This document shows positions 48,656-59,227 of a DNA stretch of 64,000 nucleotides, one piece after another. The first letter of the stretch is position 1. Each line of letters starts with the position of its first letter. The stretch is from an uncultured Acidobacteriota bacterium. GTDB lineage: Bacteria > Acidobacteriota > UBA6911. The notes beneath the pieces were generated by a model, which was not told the DNA's origin, searched no databases, and worked only from the letters and a program-made list of their open reading frames with translations. The stretch covers positions 224,001 through 288,000 of the forward strand of contig CAWJKZ010000015.1 of the NCBI GenBank assembly GCA_963843575.1, read 5' to 3'. A program made the translations under genes and the position numbers.

Positions 48656-50569
48656 TCACTCCGCGACCAGGAGCGTGATTTTGGAGCCGTCCTTCCCGCC
48701 GAAAAACACCCTCTGGGTTGCCTTTACGAAATCCGCTGCCTGGGCCTTCGGGATGTCCATGAACTTCTGAGGATTCCTGTCGGTGAGCGGGAACCAGCTG
48801 CTCTGGACCTGAACCATGATCCGGTGCCCCTGGCGGAACGTGTGCGCGACGTCCGGGAGCTTGAATGTGATGCGGTCCGGCCTGCCCGGCTCGAACGGCA
48901 CCGGCGTCTCGAAGCTGCGGCGGAATTTCCCGCGGAACGGCTCGCCGCGGATCAGCTGCTGATAGCCGCCGATGGAGGACGCCGGGGACGTCCGGCCCGG
49001 CTGGGGCGGATTGTTGTAGTCGGGCATGTCACCAGGATAGACGTCGATCACCTTTACGACGAAGTCGGCGTCGGTGCCGGTCGTGGACACTTTCAGGTCG
49101 ACGGCGATCGGGCCGAAGGCGGTGACGTCACGGTCCAGGATCTCCGTCTTGTAGACCAGGATGTCGGGGCGCTTCGCGGCGAAGCGCTGGTCCTCCGTCA
49201 TGTAGCTGTTCAGAATGCCCATGGTGACCTGACCGACGTAAGGCACGGGCTTTGCGGGATCGGAGACGTATTCGTCGGAGCCGGTCTGCGGGGTGGGCTG
49301 CCACGCAAGTCTCCCGCCGTCGGCCAGGAAAACGTCCGTCGGCCTGGCTGCAGAGGGAGGCCAGGAGTCGAACTTCCTCCACTGGTTTGTGCCGGTCTGA
49401 AAGAGCCAGGCCTTCGGGAACTTCCCGTCGCCTCGTCCCTTCAGGTGGTAGAGGAAAAAGGGGAGCTCGATCTTTTCGCGGTAATAGCGGGCCGTCTTCG
49501 ACCCGAAGTTGACATTTCCCAGGCGGTCGCCGTCGCCGCGTGAAAAGCCCCCGTGGTTCCATGGGCCCATGACCAGCATGTGGGAGGCCGGAGGGTTGTT
49601 CTGCTGCATGAAGTCGAACTGGCGCAGCAGTCCCTGTGGGTCTTCTGTGTCGTACCAGCCGCCCACGAGCATCACCGCGGGCTTGATGTTGCGCAGGTGC
49701 TTCCAGATGGCCCGCGACTGCCAGAACGCGTCGTAGGTCGTGTGTTCGACGTTCAGCGTCCAGAAGGGCTGTTTGTGCTTGAAGTACCTCTCCTCGGCGT
49801 TGGCGAGCGGACCCATCTCCAGGTAGAACTCGTATCCGTCCGGGGTGCCGTAACGGAAGGGGAGCGAGGGCTGCGGCGGCTCGGGCTCCCCTTCGCGCGG
49901 GCGGAAGCCCATGTAGAAGCCGAAGCGGTGCGCCAGCATGAAGGCGCCGTTGTGATAGACGTCGTCCCCGAGGTAATAGTCGGTCACGGGCGCCTGAGGA
50001 GCGACGGCGGCCAACGCCGGGTGGGCGTCGATCATCCCCGCAGTGGCGTAGAAACCGGGTTGCGAGACGCCGTACAAGCCCACCTTGCCCGTGTTGCCGG
50101 GGACGTTTTTCAGCAGCCACTCGATGGTGTCGAAGGTGTCGGTGCTTTCGTCGGTGTCGGCGGGACCGCGTTTCACGGGCTTGTGCGGGCGGTTGAACGT
50201 GTATTCCCCTTCACTCATGTACCGGCCCCGCACGTCCTGGTACACGAAAATGAACTTCTCACCCTGAAAAAGTTCCGACGGGCCGAGCAAGGAGCGGTAC
50301 TGATCGATCCCGTATGGCGAAACACTGTAGGGCGTCCGCTGCAGCAGGATGGGGAAAGCCGAACCCTCAGTGAATACTTCCTTGGGCACGTACACGGAGG
50401 TAAACAGCCGGGCGCCGTCGCGCGCCGGGATTCGATACTCGAACTTCGTGTAGCTCTCGCGTACGGCGGCCGCCCCGGTCGTGCCGGTCTGTGCCGTGGT
50501 CAGGTACGACAACAGCAGCACGCAGGCGAGGAGAAGGATTGGTTTGAGTCGAAGCCATTGTTGCGGCAT
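48656..50569 (-). CDS. CocE/NonD-family hydrolase (alpha-amino acid ester hydrolase-like)
   Basis: RTPY, QDVRGRYMSEG, GVSQPG, GWYDTED, GPWNHG, SSWFPL.DRNPQ. Confidence 0.92.
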   Translation of the reverse strand: MPQQWLRLKPILLLACVLLLSYLTTAQTGTTGAAAVRESYTKFEYRIPARDGARLFTSVYVPKEVFTEGSAFPILLQRTPYSVSPYGIDQYRSLLGPSELFQGEKFIFVYQDVRGRYMSEGEYTFNRPHKPVKRGPADTDESTDTFDTIEWLLKNVPGNTGKVGLYGVSQPGFYATAGMIDAHPALAAVAPQAPVTDYYLGDDVYHNGAFMLAHRFGFYMGFRPREGEPEPPQPSLPFRYGTPDGYEFYLEMGPLANAEERYFKHKQPFWTLNVEHTTYDAFWQSRAIWKHLRNIKPAVMLVGGWYDTEDPQGLLRQFDFMQQNNPPASHMLVMGPWNHGGFSRGDGDRLGNVNFGSKTARYYREKIELPFFLYHLKGRGDGKFPKAWLFQTGTNQWRKFDSWPPSAARPTDVFLADGGRLAWQPTPQTGSDEYVSDPAKPVPYVGQVTMGILNSYMTEDQRFAAKRPDILVYKTEILDRDVTAFGPIAVDLKVSTTGTDADFVVKVIDVYPGDMPDYNNPPQPGRTSPASSIGGYQQLIRGEPFRGKFRRSFETPVPFEPGRPDRITFKLPDVAHTFRQGHRIMVQVQSSWFPLTDRNPQKFMDIPKAQAADFVKATQRVFFGGKDGSKITLLVAE

Positions 50570-50792
50570 GCGCGAGCGTCTCCGTCTGATGTCGGCTCGG
50601 ATTCTTTCCCGCCCGCGCCGGGGCTGTCAACAAGAACCGCGGACGACGTTGTCCAGCCTTGACCGGCCGGGAAGGCAAGATCAGAAGCGGAGCATTGAAG
50701 GTGCCTTTGTTTTTGATCCGCGTCCATCCGCGTCCGAAACATACACGTCACCATACTCACGAAACGACCACTTAGGACCTGTGCCTGTAACG

Positions 50793-50819
50793 GGCGGCGT
50801 CGAGCCTCCGCACTCCCAA
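50793..50819 (+). repeat. Half copy of the GCCGCACTCCA-family repeat
   Basis: ggcggcgtcgagcctccgcactcccaa resembles 18679-18713. Confidence 0.6.
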
Positions 50820-50883
50820 TGCATTTCGGGCCGGATGCGGGTATAATCCCCCGGATTTCTCGACCTGGAGATGGTGTTTTCTG

Positions 50884-53070
50884 GTGATGACTAGATTCCT
50901 GTTCAGATGCGCTCTTTGTGTGCCGGTCGTTTCCGCAATAATCCTCTCAGCTTCCCCGAGCCTGTTCGGGCAGACCAAAGGCGTCAACCGCGAGAAGTAC
51001 CGGATCCACATCCGGAAGACGGAGATGCCCGTCGCCGTCGACGGCCTGCTCGACGAAGCCGTATGGTCCGCGGCCGAACGCGCAAGGGACTTCCAGCGCG
51101 TGACCCCGACCGACGAAGGCCTTGCGGTGGCCAAGACCGAAGTGATGCTGGCGTACGACGACGCCAACCTCTATGTCGGCGTCGTCTGTTTCGATCCCAC
51201 GCCCGGGAAGAAGCGGCCCGTCGAGTCGCTGCGGCGGGATTTCGCCTTCGGGAAAAACGACAACTTCATAGCCTTTATCGATACCTACAACGACCTGACC
51301 AATGGCTTCGCCTTCGGCGTTTCGGCCGCGGGAGCCCAGTGGGAGGGGTCACAGGCCAACGGCGGGCTCGTGTCGCTCGACTGGGACATCAAGTGGCACT
51401 CGGCCGTCAAGAACTATGAAGATCGCTGGGTGGCGGAGTTCGGCATCCCGTTCCGCAGCATGCGCTACCGCGGCGGCGCGACGGAATGGGGCATCAACTT
51501 CAGCCGCCTGGACCTCAAGACCAACGAAAAGTCGAGCTGGGCCCCGATGCCCCGCAACCTGCAGACGGCCAATCTCGGATATGCCGGGACCCTGGTCTGG
51601 GAAGCGCCGCTCAGCGAGGCGGGTCTGCGCTACTCCCTCATCCCATACGTCTCGGCCAAGTTCACGCAGGACAACGTCGCCGGCACGAGCGACCACGACG
51701 CGACCGGCGGCATGGACGCCAAGGTCATCCTGTCGACGTCGATGAACCTCGACCTGACCGTAAACCCCGATTATTCGCAGGTCGACGTCGACACCCAGCA
51801 GACCAACCTGGACCGGTTCGAGTTGTTCTTTCCGGAAAAACGGCGCTTCTTTCTCGAGAACAGCGATCTGTTCGCCAGCCTGGGTGCCGACAACCTCCGT
51901 CCCTTCTTCTCCCGGCGCATCGGTCTGGACCGGCGCGTGGACGGCGGCGCCAGGTTGAGCGGAAACCTCGGCGACAACTGGCGGCTCGGACTGATGGACA
52001 TGCAGGTGGCGACCACCGACGGCGCCCCCGCGGCCAACTTCGCCGTCGCCGCCCTGCAGCGCAAGGTCTTCCGGCGCTCCAATTTCGTCATGTTCATGGT
52101 GAACAAACAGGTGACCGACCAGGGCGAACCCTATGCCGGCCTCGATTACAGCAGGGTGGCCGGCCTGGAATACAACCTCGCCAGCGCGGACAACCACTGG
52201 ACCGGCAAAGCGTTCTACCACAAGTCGTTCTATCCGGGGGCTACGGGGGATGCGTCGTCCGCGGCCGCGAACCTCATGTATGCCACCCGTTCCTTCTCCG
52301 TCGCCCTCAACCAGGCGTGGGTAGGATCGGACTACCTCGCCGAGGTCGGCTACATCAGAAGAAAAGGCTATTACGAGGTCAACCCGACCGTCTCTTACAG
52401 GTTCCTGCCGAAATCCGGCAAGCTGATCAGTCACGGCCCCAGCCTGAAATTCGACATGTTCCGGGACTCCGACTTCAGGCTCACCGACCGCCAGGTCCAG
52501 CTGGGCTACTCGGTCGAGTGGCAGAGCCGCGATTCCATCTCGGTCGATTTCCGCGACTACTACGTCGAGCTCCGGGCCCCGTTCGATCCGACCAACAAGG
52601 GCGGGCAAAAGCTCGAGACCGGCTCGGTGTTCCAGTGGCGCGACGCCGGGATCACCTACGGCTCCGATTCACGCAAGCTCTTCGCCTACGAGCTGGGGAC
52701 GCGCTACGGCAGCTATTACAACGGCACACGCTGGAACGTCAACGGCGACCTGTACTGGCGGGTGCAGCCCTACAGCAACCTCGCCATGGTGGGGTCCTAC
52801 GACAAGATCTCGCTCCCCAGCCCTTACAACAGCGCGAACCTCTTCCTGATCGGCCCGAGACTCGATCTGACCTTCACCGACAAGCTCTTCCTGACGACCT
52901 ACGTGCAGTACAACAACCAGATCGACAACCTCAACGTTAATGTGCGGCTGCAGTGGCGCTTCGCACCGGTGTCGGACCTGTTCATCGTCTACAGCGACAA
53001 CTCCTATCCCGGCGATTTTCAGAACAAGAACCGCGGGCTCGCCATGAAAATCTCTTATTGGTTCAACTGA
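50884..53070 (+). CDS. CBM9-like plus DUF5916 outer-membrane protein
   Basis: VDGLLDEAVW, WVAEFGIPF, NPDYSQVDVD, RFELFFPEKR.FFLEN, FFSRRIG; ends ISYWFN. Confidence 0.85.
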   Translation: MMTRFLFRCALCVPVVSAIILSASPSLFGQTKGVNREKYRIHIRKTEMPVAVDGLLDEAVWSAAERARDFQRVTPTDEGLAVAKTEVMLAYDDANLYVGVVCFDPTPGKKRPVESLRRDFAFGKNDNFIAFIDTYNDLTNGFAFGVSAAGAQWEGSQANGGLVSLDWDIKWHSAVKNYEDRWVAEFGIPFRSMRYRGGATEWGINFSRLDLKTNEKSSWAPMPRNLQTANLGYAGTLVWEAPLSEAGLRYSLIPYVSAKFTQDNVAGTSDHDATGGMDAKVILSTSMNLDLTVNPDYSQVDVDTQQTNLDRFELFFPEKRRFFLENSDLFASLGADNLRPFFSRRIGLDRRVDGGARLSGNLGDNWRLGLMDMQVATTDGAPAANFAVAALQRKVFRRSNFVMFMVNKQVTDQGEPYAGLDYSRVAGLEYNLASADNHWTGKAFYHKSFYPGATGDASSAAANLMYATRSFSVALNQAWVGSDYLAEVGYIRRKGYYEVNPTVSYRFLPKSGKLISHGPSLKFDMFRDSDFRLTDRQVQLGYSVEWQSRDSISVDFRDYYVELRAPFDPTNKGGQKLETGSVFQWRDAGITYGSDSRKLFAYELGTRYGSYYNGTRWNVNGDLYWRVQPYSNLAMVGSYDKISLPSPYNSANLFLIGPRLDLTFTDKLFLTTYVQYNNQIDNLNVNVRLQWRFAPVSDLFIVYSDNSYPGDFQNKNRGLAMKISYWFN

Positions 53071-53121
53071 CGTCCGTGAGGTTGTTCGGCGCAGACCGAG
53101 GAACCTCAAGGAGGGAAACCG

Positions 53122-53979
53122 ATGCGAACTCTCACGAAGTTCACCGTGCTGCTGACGCTCGCCGGGGCTGGCGCCGCTTTCGGGCAAAACGATCCCTCCA
53201 GGAAGGAGTGGATCCAGCTTTTCGACGGCCGGAGCCTGCAGGGTTGGGACGTCAAGATCGCCGGCTACGACCTGAACGACAACTTCGGCAACACGTTCCG
53301 GGCCGAGGGCGGACTCCTCAAGGTGGCCTACGACAAGTACGACACCTTCGGCAACCGCTTCGGCCACATCTTCTACAACAGGAAGTTCTCACACTACATC
53401 ATCGCGGTCGAGTACAGGTTCGTTGGCAACCAGACGCCGGATGCGCCGGAGTGGGCCTTCCGCAACAGCGGGATCATGGTGCACTCCCAATCGGCCCGGA
53501 GCATGCGCAAAGAGCAGGATTTCCCGATTTCCATCGAGGTCCAGCTCCTGGGAGGGCCCGGCTCCGGGGAGCGCCCGACGGCAAACCTCTGCACCCCCGG
53601 GACGCACGTCGTCATCAACGGGCAGCTGTACACCGACCACTGCATCCAGTCGAAGTCGCGGACCTACCACGGGGATCAGTGGGTGAGGGTGGAAGCCGTG
53701 GTCCTCGGCGACGAGAGCATCAAGCACGTCGTCGAGGGGCAGACCGTCCTCGAGTACTCGAAGCCGCAGATCGGCGGTGAGAACGTCACCGGCTTCGATC
53801 CCGCCGTCAAGCGGGACGGAACGGCGTTGACCGAAGGTTACATCGCGCTCCAGGCGGAAAGCCACCCGGTCGAGTTCCGCAAGGTCGAACTCCTGAACCT
53901 GGCCGGCTGCATGGACCCCAAGGCGCGCAACTACAAGTCGTATTTCGTCAAGTCCGACAGCGCGCAGTGCCGGTACTGA
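53122..53979 (+). CDS. DUF1080 (3-keto-disaccharide hydrolase-like) protein
   Basis: WIQLFDGRSLQGW, NSGI, GYIALQAESHPVEFRKV. Confidence 0.9.
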   Translation: MRTLTKFTVLLTLAGAGAAFGQNDPSRKEWIQLFDGRSLQGWDVKIAGYDLNDNFGNTFRAEGGLLKVAYDKYDTFGNRFGHIFYNRKFSHYIIAVEYRFVGNQTPDAPEWAFRNSGIMVHSQSARSMRKEQDFPISIEVQLLGGPGSGERPTANLCTPGTHVVINGQLYTDHCIQSKSRTYHGDQWVRVEAVVLGDESIKHVVEGQTVLEYSKPQIGGENVTGFDPAVKRDGTALTEGYIALQAESHPVEFRKVELLNLAGCMDPKARNYKSYFVKSDSAQCRY

Positions 53980-53994
53980 AAGAGAAGAGATGCC

Positions 53995-55919
53995 ATGACC
54001 CTTTTTCGCGTCGTCGGGCTGCTGACCGCGCTCGCCCTTCCGGGCTGGACTTTCTGCCGGCCCGGTCCCCCGATCTGAGGCTCCCCGCCATCCTCGGCGA
54101 CGGCGCCGTGCTTCAGCGCGGCATCCCCGTGCCCGTCTGGGGATGGGCCGCCCCGGGGACCCGCGTGGAGGCGCTGCTGGCACGGCCAGACGAAGACCGC
54201 CGTCGCCGCGCCGGATGGGAGGTGGCGGCTTTCGTTCGAGCCGATGGAGGCGGGAGCGCTCGGGGACATGACGGTGCGTGCCGGCAAACAGGTCGTCACG
54301 GTCAGGGACCTGCTGGCCGGAGAAGTCTGGGTCTGCTCCGGGCAGTCCAACATGCAGATGAGCGTGGCGGCGTCGCTCGGCGCCGAGGAGGAGCTCCCCC
54401 GGGCGGGCGACTGCGCAGCTGCGGCTTTTCAAGATCGCCAGGATCGCCTCCGCCGCGCCCGTGCAGGACGTCAGGGGACGCTGGCAGCACTCCGGGCCGT
54501 CGAGCGCGGCGGATTTCTCGGCCGTGGGCTACTACTTCGGCCGGGAGCTGCGCCGCAGGTTGAAGATCCCTGTCGGCCTGATCATGGCGGCCTGGGGCGG
54601 CACCACCGCGGAGGTCTGGACCGACCCGGCCTCGCTTGCCGCCGACGGCGAGTTCGCGCCCATCCTGCGCCGCTGGAACGAGCGGCTCACGCGCAATCCC
54701 GAAGTGCTGCGGGACGATCTCCCGTTCAGGCTCGAGATCGACGCCATGGAGCTTGTGCGGCCCGACGGATCGCGCCTGGCACTTTCGGGACAGGCGGGGA
54801 TGGCGGCCTGGGATCCGCCCGAGTTTGGCGACTCGTCGCGCGCCACGATCAGCCGAGGCTCCCGAGCCATTTTCTCGGGTTCCCTTGGGATCGCCGAATC
54901 GGCGAGCGTCCTGCGTCGACTTGGGCGGCGCGGAGCTCACCGGCTATTCCAGCCCTGCGGCTGCGTGCGCGAGGACAAGGGGCGTTTTCTCTGCAGCTCC
55001 GGCAGCCCTCTGTCGTCGACGGTGCCTGGCACGCGGTGCCCTCGTTTTTCGCAAGGCCGGACTGGACCGAGTACACGTTTCGACTGGCCGATTTCGTGCA
55101 GCCGTCCTGGGGCGAGCAGAAGCCGCTGACGCTGGATCGGATCACCGGCGTCGCGCTCTGCGTCGAGTCCGCCATGGCCGTCCCCGAGCAACCGTCGTCG
55201 CTCTTCAACTGTCCATGCTGATGCCGGTCATCCCCCACGCGATCCGGGGTGCGCTCTGGTACCAGGGGGAGGGGAATGCCGGACGTGCGTATCAGTACCG
55301 TCGCCTGCTGCCGGCGCTGATCGGCGGGTGGAGGCGCGCGTGGGGCCAGGGCGATTTCCCGTTCTACATCGTCCAGCTGCCCGGCTACGGGCCGGTCAGC
55401 GAAAACGCCGAGCAGAGCGAATGGGCCGAACTGAGAGAGGCGCAGGCCGCCGCCCTCGCATTGCCGAACACCGGGCTCGTCTGCACCATCGACCTGGGAG
55501 AACCCCGGAACGTGCACCCGCGCAACAAGAGCGAGGTCGGGGTGCGGCTGTACCAGCTCGCCCTGGCGAGGACGTACGGCATCGACGTCGAGTACGCCGG
55601 CCCGAGGTTCCTATCCGCAAAAGCGGAAGGGAACCGGATGCGCGTGCAGTTCGCCGATATCGGGACGGGGCTGAAGTCGATCGACGGCGGGCCGCTGCGC
55701 GGATTCGCCGTCGCGGGGGAGGATCGCGCCTTCCACAAGGCGACCGCGCTGATCGACGGCGACACCGTCGTCGTCGAAAGCCCGGAAGTGCCCGAGCCGA
55801 TCTCCGTCCGCTATGCCTGGGCAGCGAGCCCATCATGCAACCTGGCCGGCGCCAACGGCATGCCCGCATGGCCCTTCCGCTCCGACACCTGGCCCGGCAA
55901 GACCGATACGGCCAGATGA
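53995..55919 (+). CDS. Sialate O-acetylesterase (SASA) family protein with inserted carbohydrate-binding-like domain, frameshifted as assembled
   Basis: VLQRG.PVPVWG, GEVWVCSGQSNM, FSAVGYYFG, WYQGEGN, VQLP, VHPRNK, VRYAW across frames. Confidence 0.85.
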
Positions 55920-56052
55920 AGCGGAAGCCGCAGACAGAAGCCCAAAACGGAAGCCGGAAGCCGGAAAAGCCGGAAACGAGCCGGAACCCATGTTCGGAGT
56001 AGAATGGAAGCCGCACTCGGAAAGAAGCTCGCCTGGAAAGCGAATCTGTCCC

Positions 56053-57549
56053 ATGACCAATCTCGATCGTCGTTCGTTTCTGAAGCTATCGTCAGCAGCG
56101 TTGGCAGCCGTTCCCCACGCGGGGAGGCCTGTGCTGCCCCAGGGCTCTGCGGCCGGGGAGATGCTGTACTCCGCCGGTTTCGTTCCCGAGGGGGCCGAAT
56201 GCAGGATGGCCTTTGTGAGCGACCACCACTACTGGCCGGGGCACCTTGAGAACTGGGGCGATGGCAGCCAGATCACGACCAGCACCGACCGGAGGATGCC
56301 GGACCTGGCCGAGGCGCTCAACGAGGAACGCCCCGATCTGTCCGTCCACGCGGGTGATGTCATCAGCGCGGGGGGCTCGTTCTTCCCGCCGCCGGAGGTA
56401 TACGCGCGGCAGCTGGCCTTCGCCAGAGGCTTTTGCGACAGCCTTTCGCACCCCACCTTGCCGCTGCCCGGCAACCACGAGACCCTCGAGCCCGAGTACG
56501 TCGACGAAGCCCAGCTCGGAGCATGGAGCCGGCACTTCGGCGCACCCTACCGCCACCACGACCTGAAGGGCTGGCGCATCATCGGGGTCAACTGCCTGAT
56601 GCCCAACCCGAACGGCCGGCATGGCCGGGGCGACGACTTCGCCAACGTCTATGGTCTCGACCCGGCGCAGCTCGACTGGCTCAGAAGCCGCCTGAACGAA
56701 GCAGCCTTGCGCGGACTGAAGACGGTAGTCTGCACGCACGTCCCCCCGGCGGGTTGGGTGAACGCGGCCGCCTTCGAAGCCGCGATCACCTCGGCGGGTT
56801 GCGTGAAGGCGGTCCTGTGCGGCCATACACATCGCAACTCCGTCGGTCTCCTGGGCGGGGTCCCTGTCCTGGTCCGGGTGGCGAACGTCACCTCCCCATT
56901 CGGTTACACGATGGTGCACTTCTATCCGGACGGCCGCATGCTGGTGATCCAGAAATCACAGCATTTTCCTTTCGAGGATTTCATTTCTTCGAAGATGCAG
57001 CCGAGCGGCCTGGGCTCCGAAGCGGATCGTTACCTGACGTTAGGCGGCAGCTCACAGCTGCCGCTCGGCCGCTTGAAGATCCGTGGCGCAGACGCCCGCG
57101 CGGAAATAACGAACGGGCATCTGCGGCTGACCGGGAGGAACGAACGGGCTGTGGTGTTAATCGACACCGCAGAACTCCGGAACGCTCGCATGACCGTCAC
57201 GCTCGTCAAGTCCGGGTGCGACAGGATGGGTGGCGTGGCGCTCGCGGCCACCGACGGGACCGGAGGGATCGAAGCCGCGGTGACCAGCCGCTATTCGCCC
57301 GACGGCAAGGTCCACCTGGCCGGGGTCCGCCCCGGCGGGCGTGACGTGCTGGCGCGGTCATGGTTTAACATCGCCGACAACATCGCGTACCGGCTGGTCC
57401 TCGAGGTTCGCGAGAGCCGGGTCTCCGCCTCGTGGAAAAACATGCTCAACCTGTCAGCCTCCGCCGAACCGGGCGCCGCAGGCCAGTTTGGCATCTTCGT
57501 CGACCGCGGCACGATTTTCGTGACGGATCTGAAACTGGAGCGCCTGTAA
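56053..57549 (+). CDS. Tat-exported calcineurin-like metallophosphoesterase with C-terminal beta domain
   Basis: DRRSFLK; SDHH, AGDV, PGNHE, GHTH. Confidence 0.88.
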   Translation: MTNLDRRSFLKLSSAALAAVPHAGRPVLPQGSAAGEMLYSAGFVPEGAECRMAFVSDHHYWPGHLENWGDGSQITTSTDRRMPDLAEALNEERPDLSVHAGDVISAGGSFFPPPEVYARQLAFARGFCDSLSHPTLPLPGNHETLEPEYVDEAQLGAWSRHFGAPYRHHDLKGWRIIGVNCLMPNPNGRHGRGDDFANVYGLDPAQLDWLRSRLNEAALRGLKTVVCTHVPPAGWVNAAAFEAAITSAGCVKAVLCGHTHRNSVGLLGGVPVLVRVANVTSPFGYTMVHFYPDGRMLVIQKSQHFPFEDFISSKMQPSGLGSEADRYLTLGGSSQLPLGRLKIRGADARAEITNGHLRLTGRNERAVVLIDTAELRNARMTVTLVKSGCDRMGGVALAATDGTGGIEAAVTSRYSPDGKVHLAGVRPGGRDVLARSWFNIADNIAYRLVLEVRESRVSASWKNMLNLSASAEPGAAGQFGIFVDRGTIFVTDLKLERL

Positions 57550-57631
57550 ACGCCGCTCGTGTCGGCCGCGCTCGAACTCCCGGACCCGCCTCGATGGCGA
57601 AACATCCGTGGCCCGGGTGGAGCCCGGCCGC

Positions 57632-57660
57632 TTGACCGCCCGGAACCTCGGGGCTATAAC
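57632..57660 (+). promoter_or_regulatory. Sigma-70 promoter
   Basis: TTGACC-17 bp-TATAAC. Confidence 0.6.
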
Positions 57661-57855
57661 TTACACCAACCCCCCTGATCGCTTTAGACTCTCAATCCGG
57701 CAGCACGTCTGCCGCGGACAGGCACCCCCATCCTGTTCGACAGCGCGGGCCGCGGGGCAACCGGGGAATCGACACTGAAAAGCGGTCGTGGCGGAGGGAG
57801 GAGTTTCACTCGAACAGGCGAGGGCGCGGCCGTCGGACCCGGCGGCCATCTGCTC

Positions 57856-59227
57856 GTGATCTGCCCCACCGCACGGGACCGGAAGCATTTCTCCAGGCCG
57901 GAAATCCGGGACAAGTATGACCTGGAATTCCGGGGAACGGACGAAGCGACGCGCGCTCCGGGCTTCGACGCGGTGCGGTTCTTACGGGAGACGGTCTGCG
58001 AGCTCCGCCGCCGGAGCGGCGAGTTCCAGGGGGTCGTGGGCATAGACGATTTTCCCGCATGTCTGCTCGCGGCTCTCTCCGGAGCCGCCCTCGGCTTCTC
58101 CACCCCGTCGTTCGAGTCCCTGTTCCTGTGCCAGCACAAGTACTACTCGCGCCTGCGGCAACTTGAAGCCGCTCCGGAGGCCACCCCGCAATTTGCCGTC
58201 GTCGAGCTCGAGCGGCCGCCGGCGCCGGCCGACATGCTGCTCCCCTTCCCGGTGTTCGTCAAACCCGTGAAGTCCTACCTCTCCATCCTGGCGCGGCGCC
58301 TCGACACGCCCGAGGATTTGTCCCTCACTCGACTCGAGGCGATGCGGCGCCTCGGCCCGGTGGCCCGTATGCTCGACGCGCTCGTCGGGGCATCGCCGCT
58401 CGCCGGGAAGTACCCCGTTTCGGCTTCATCCCTGATCCTGGAAGAGATCCTCTCCGGCCGGCAAGTCACCCTGGACGGTTACGCTCACCGGGCAGAGGTT
58501 GTGCCCCTCGGGGTCGTGGACTCCGTCTTCTACCCCGGGACCCTGTCGTTCGAGCGCTTCGATTACCCGTCCCGCCTCCCGCGCAGCGTGCTGGAGCGCA
58601 TGGGCCGCATCGCCGAGAAAGTCGTCCGGCACATCGGGCTCGACCGGACTTTTTTCAACATCGAATTTTTCTACGATCGGGAATTGGACTCGATCCGAAT
58701 CATCGAAATCAATGGACGCATGGCATCGCAGTTCGCCCCCTTGTACCGCATGCTGCGCGGCATCGACATGTATGCCATGCAGCTGGAACTGAGCCTCGGG
58801 ACGGGACCCCGGATGCCGCGGCGTCTGGTCTGCCGGGCTGGAGTCCAACGGCGTCGCGTCGAGCTTCGTCCTGCGACGCTTCGAGGACGGCCGCGTCACC
58901 CGCGCCCCCTCGCCGGAAGATCTCGAATGTCTGGCCGCGAGATTCCCGGGTAGTTTCGTAGAAGTGCTGGTTAAGGAAGGGGAACGGCTCTCGGACGAGT
59001 TGCAGGATGACGAGAGCTACCGTTTTGCGCTCGTGAACCTCTGCGCCGGCACCTGGGTCGAACTTCAGCGGACGTTCGACGAGGTGGCCGCGACTGCTCC
59101 ATTTCAAGTTCGAGCCGTGCGCGTGACGCGGCGGGCGCGCGGCACCGCGCCCGAATCCCCCGCACTCTGGGCCGCAAAGATCCCGATCCCGCCGCCCGGA
59201 TTTGCGGTATCCTGCCCCACATCATGA
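57856..59227 (+). CDS. ATP-grasp domain protein, frameshift near 58830
   Basis: CQHKYYSR, FPVFVKPVKS, LEEIL.G, FNIEF, IIEINGR; C-terminus (QDDESYRFALVNL) in another frame; both ends uncertain. Confidence 0.78.

Noticed and set aside
50055-50075. Inactive CocE hydrolase because GxSY reads GVSQ
   Set aside because: Catalytic Ser, Asp and His motifs and the RTPY tyrosine are retained; the residue after Ser contributes mainly through its backbone
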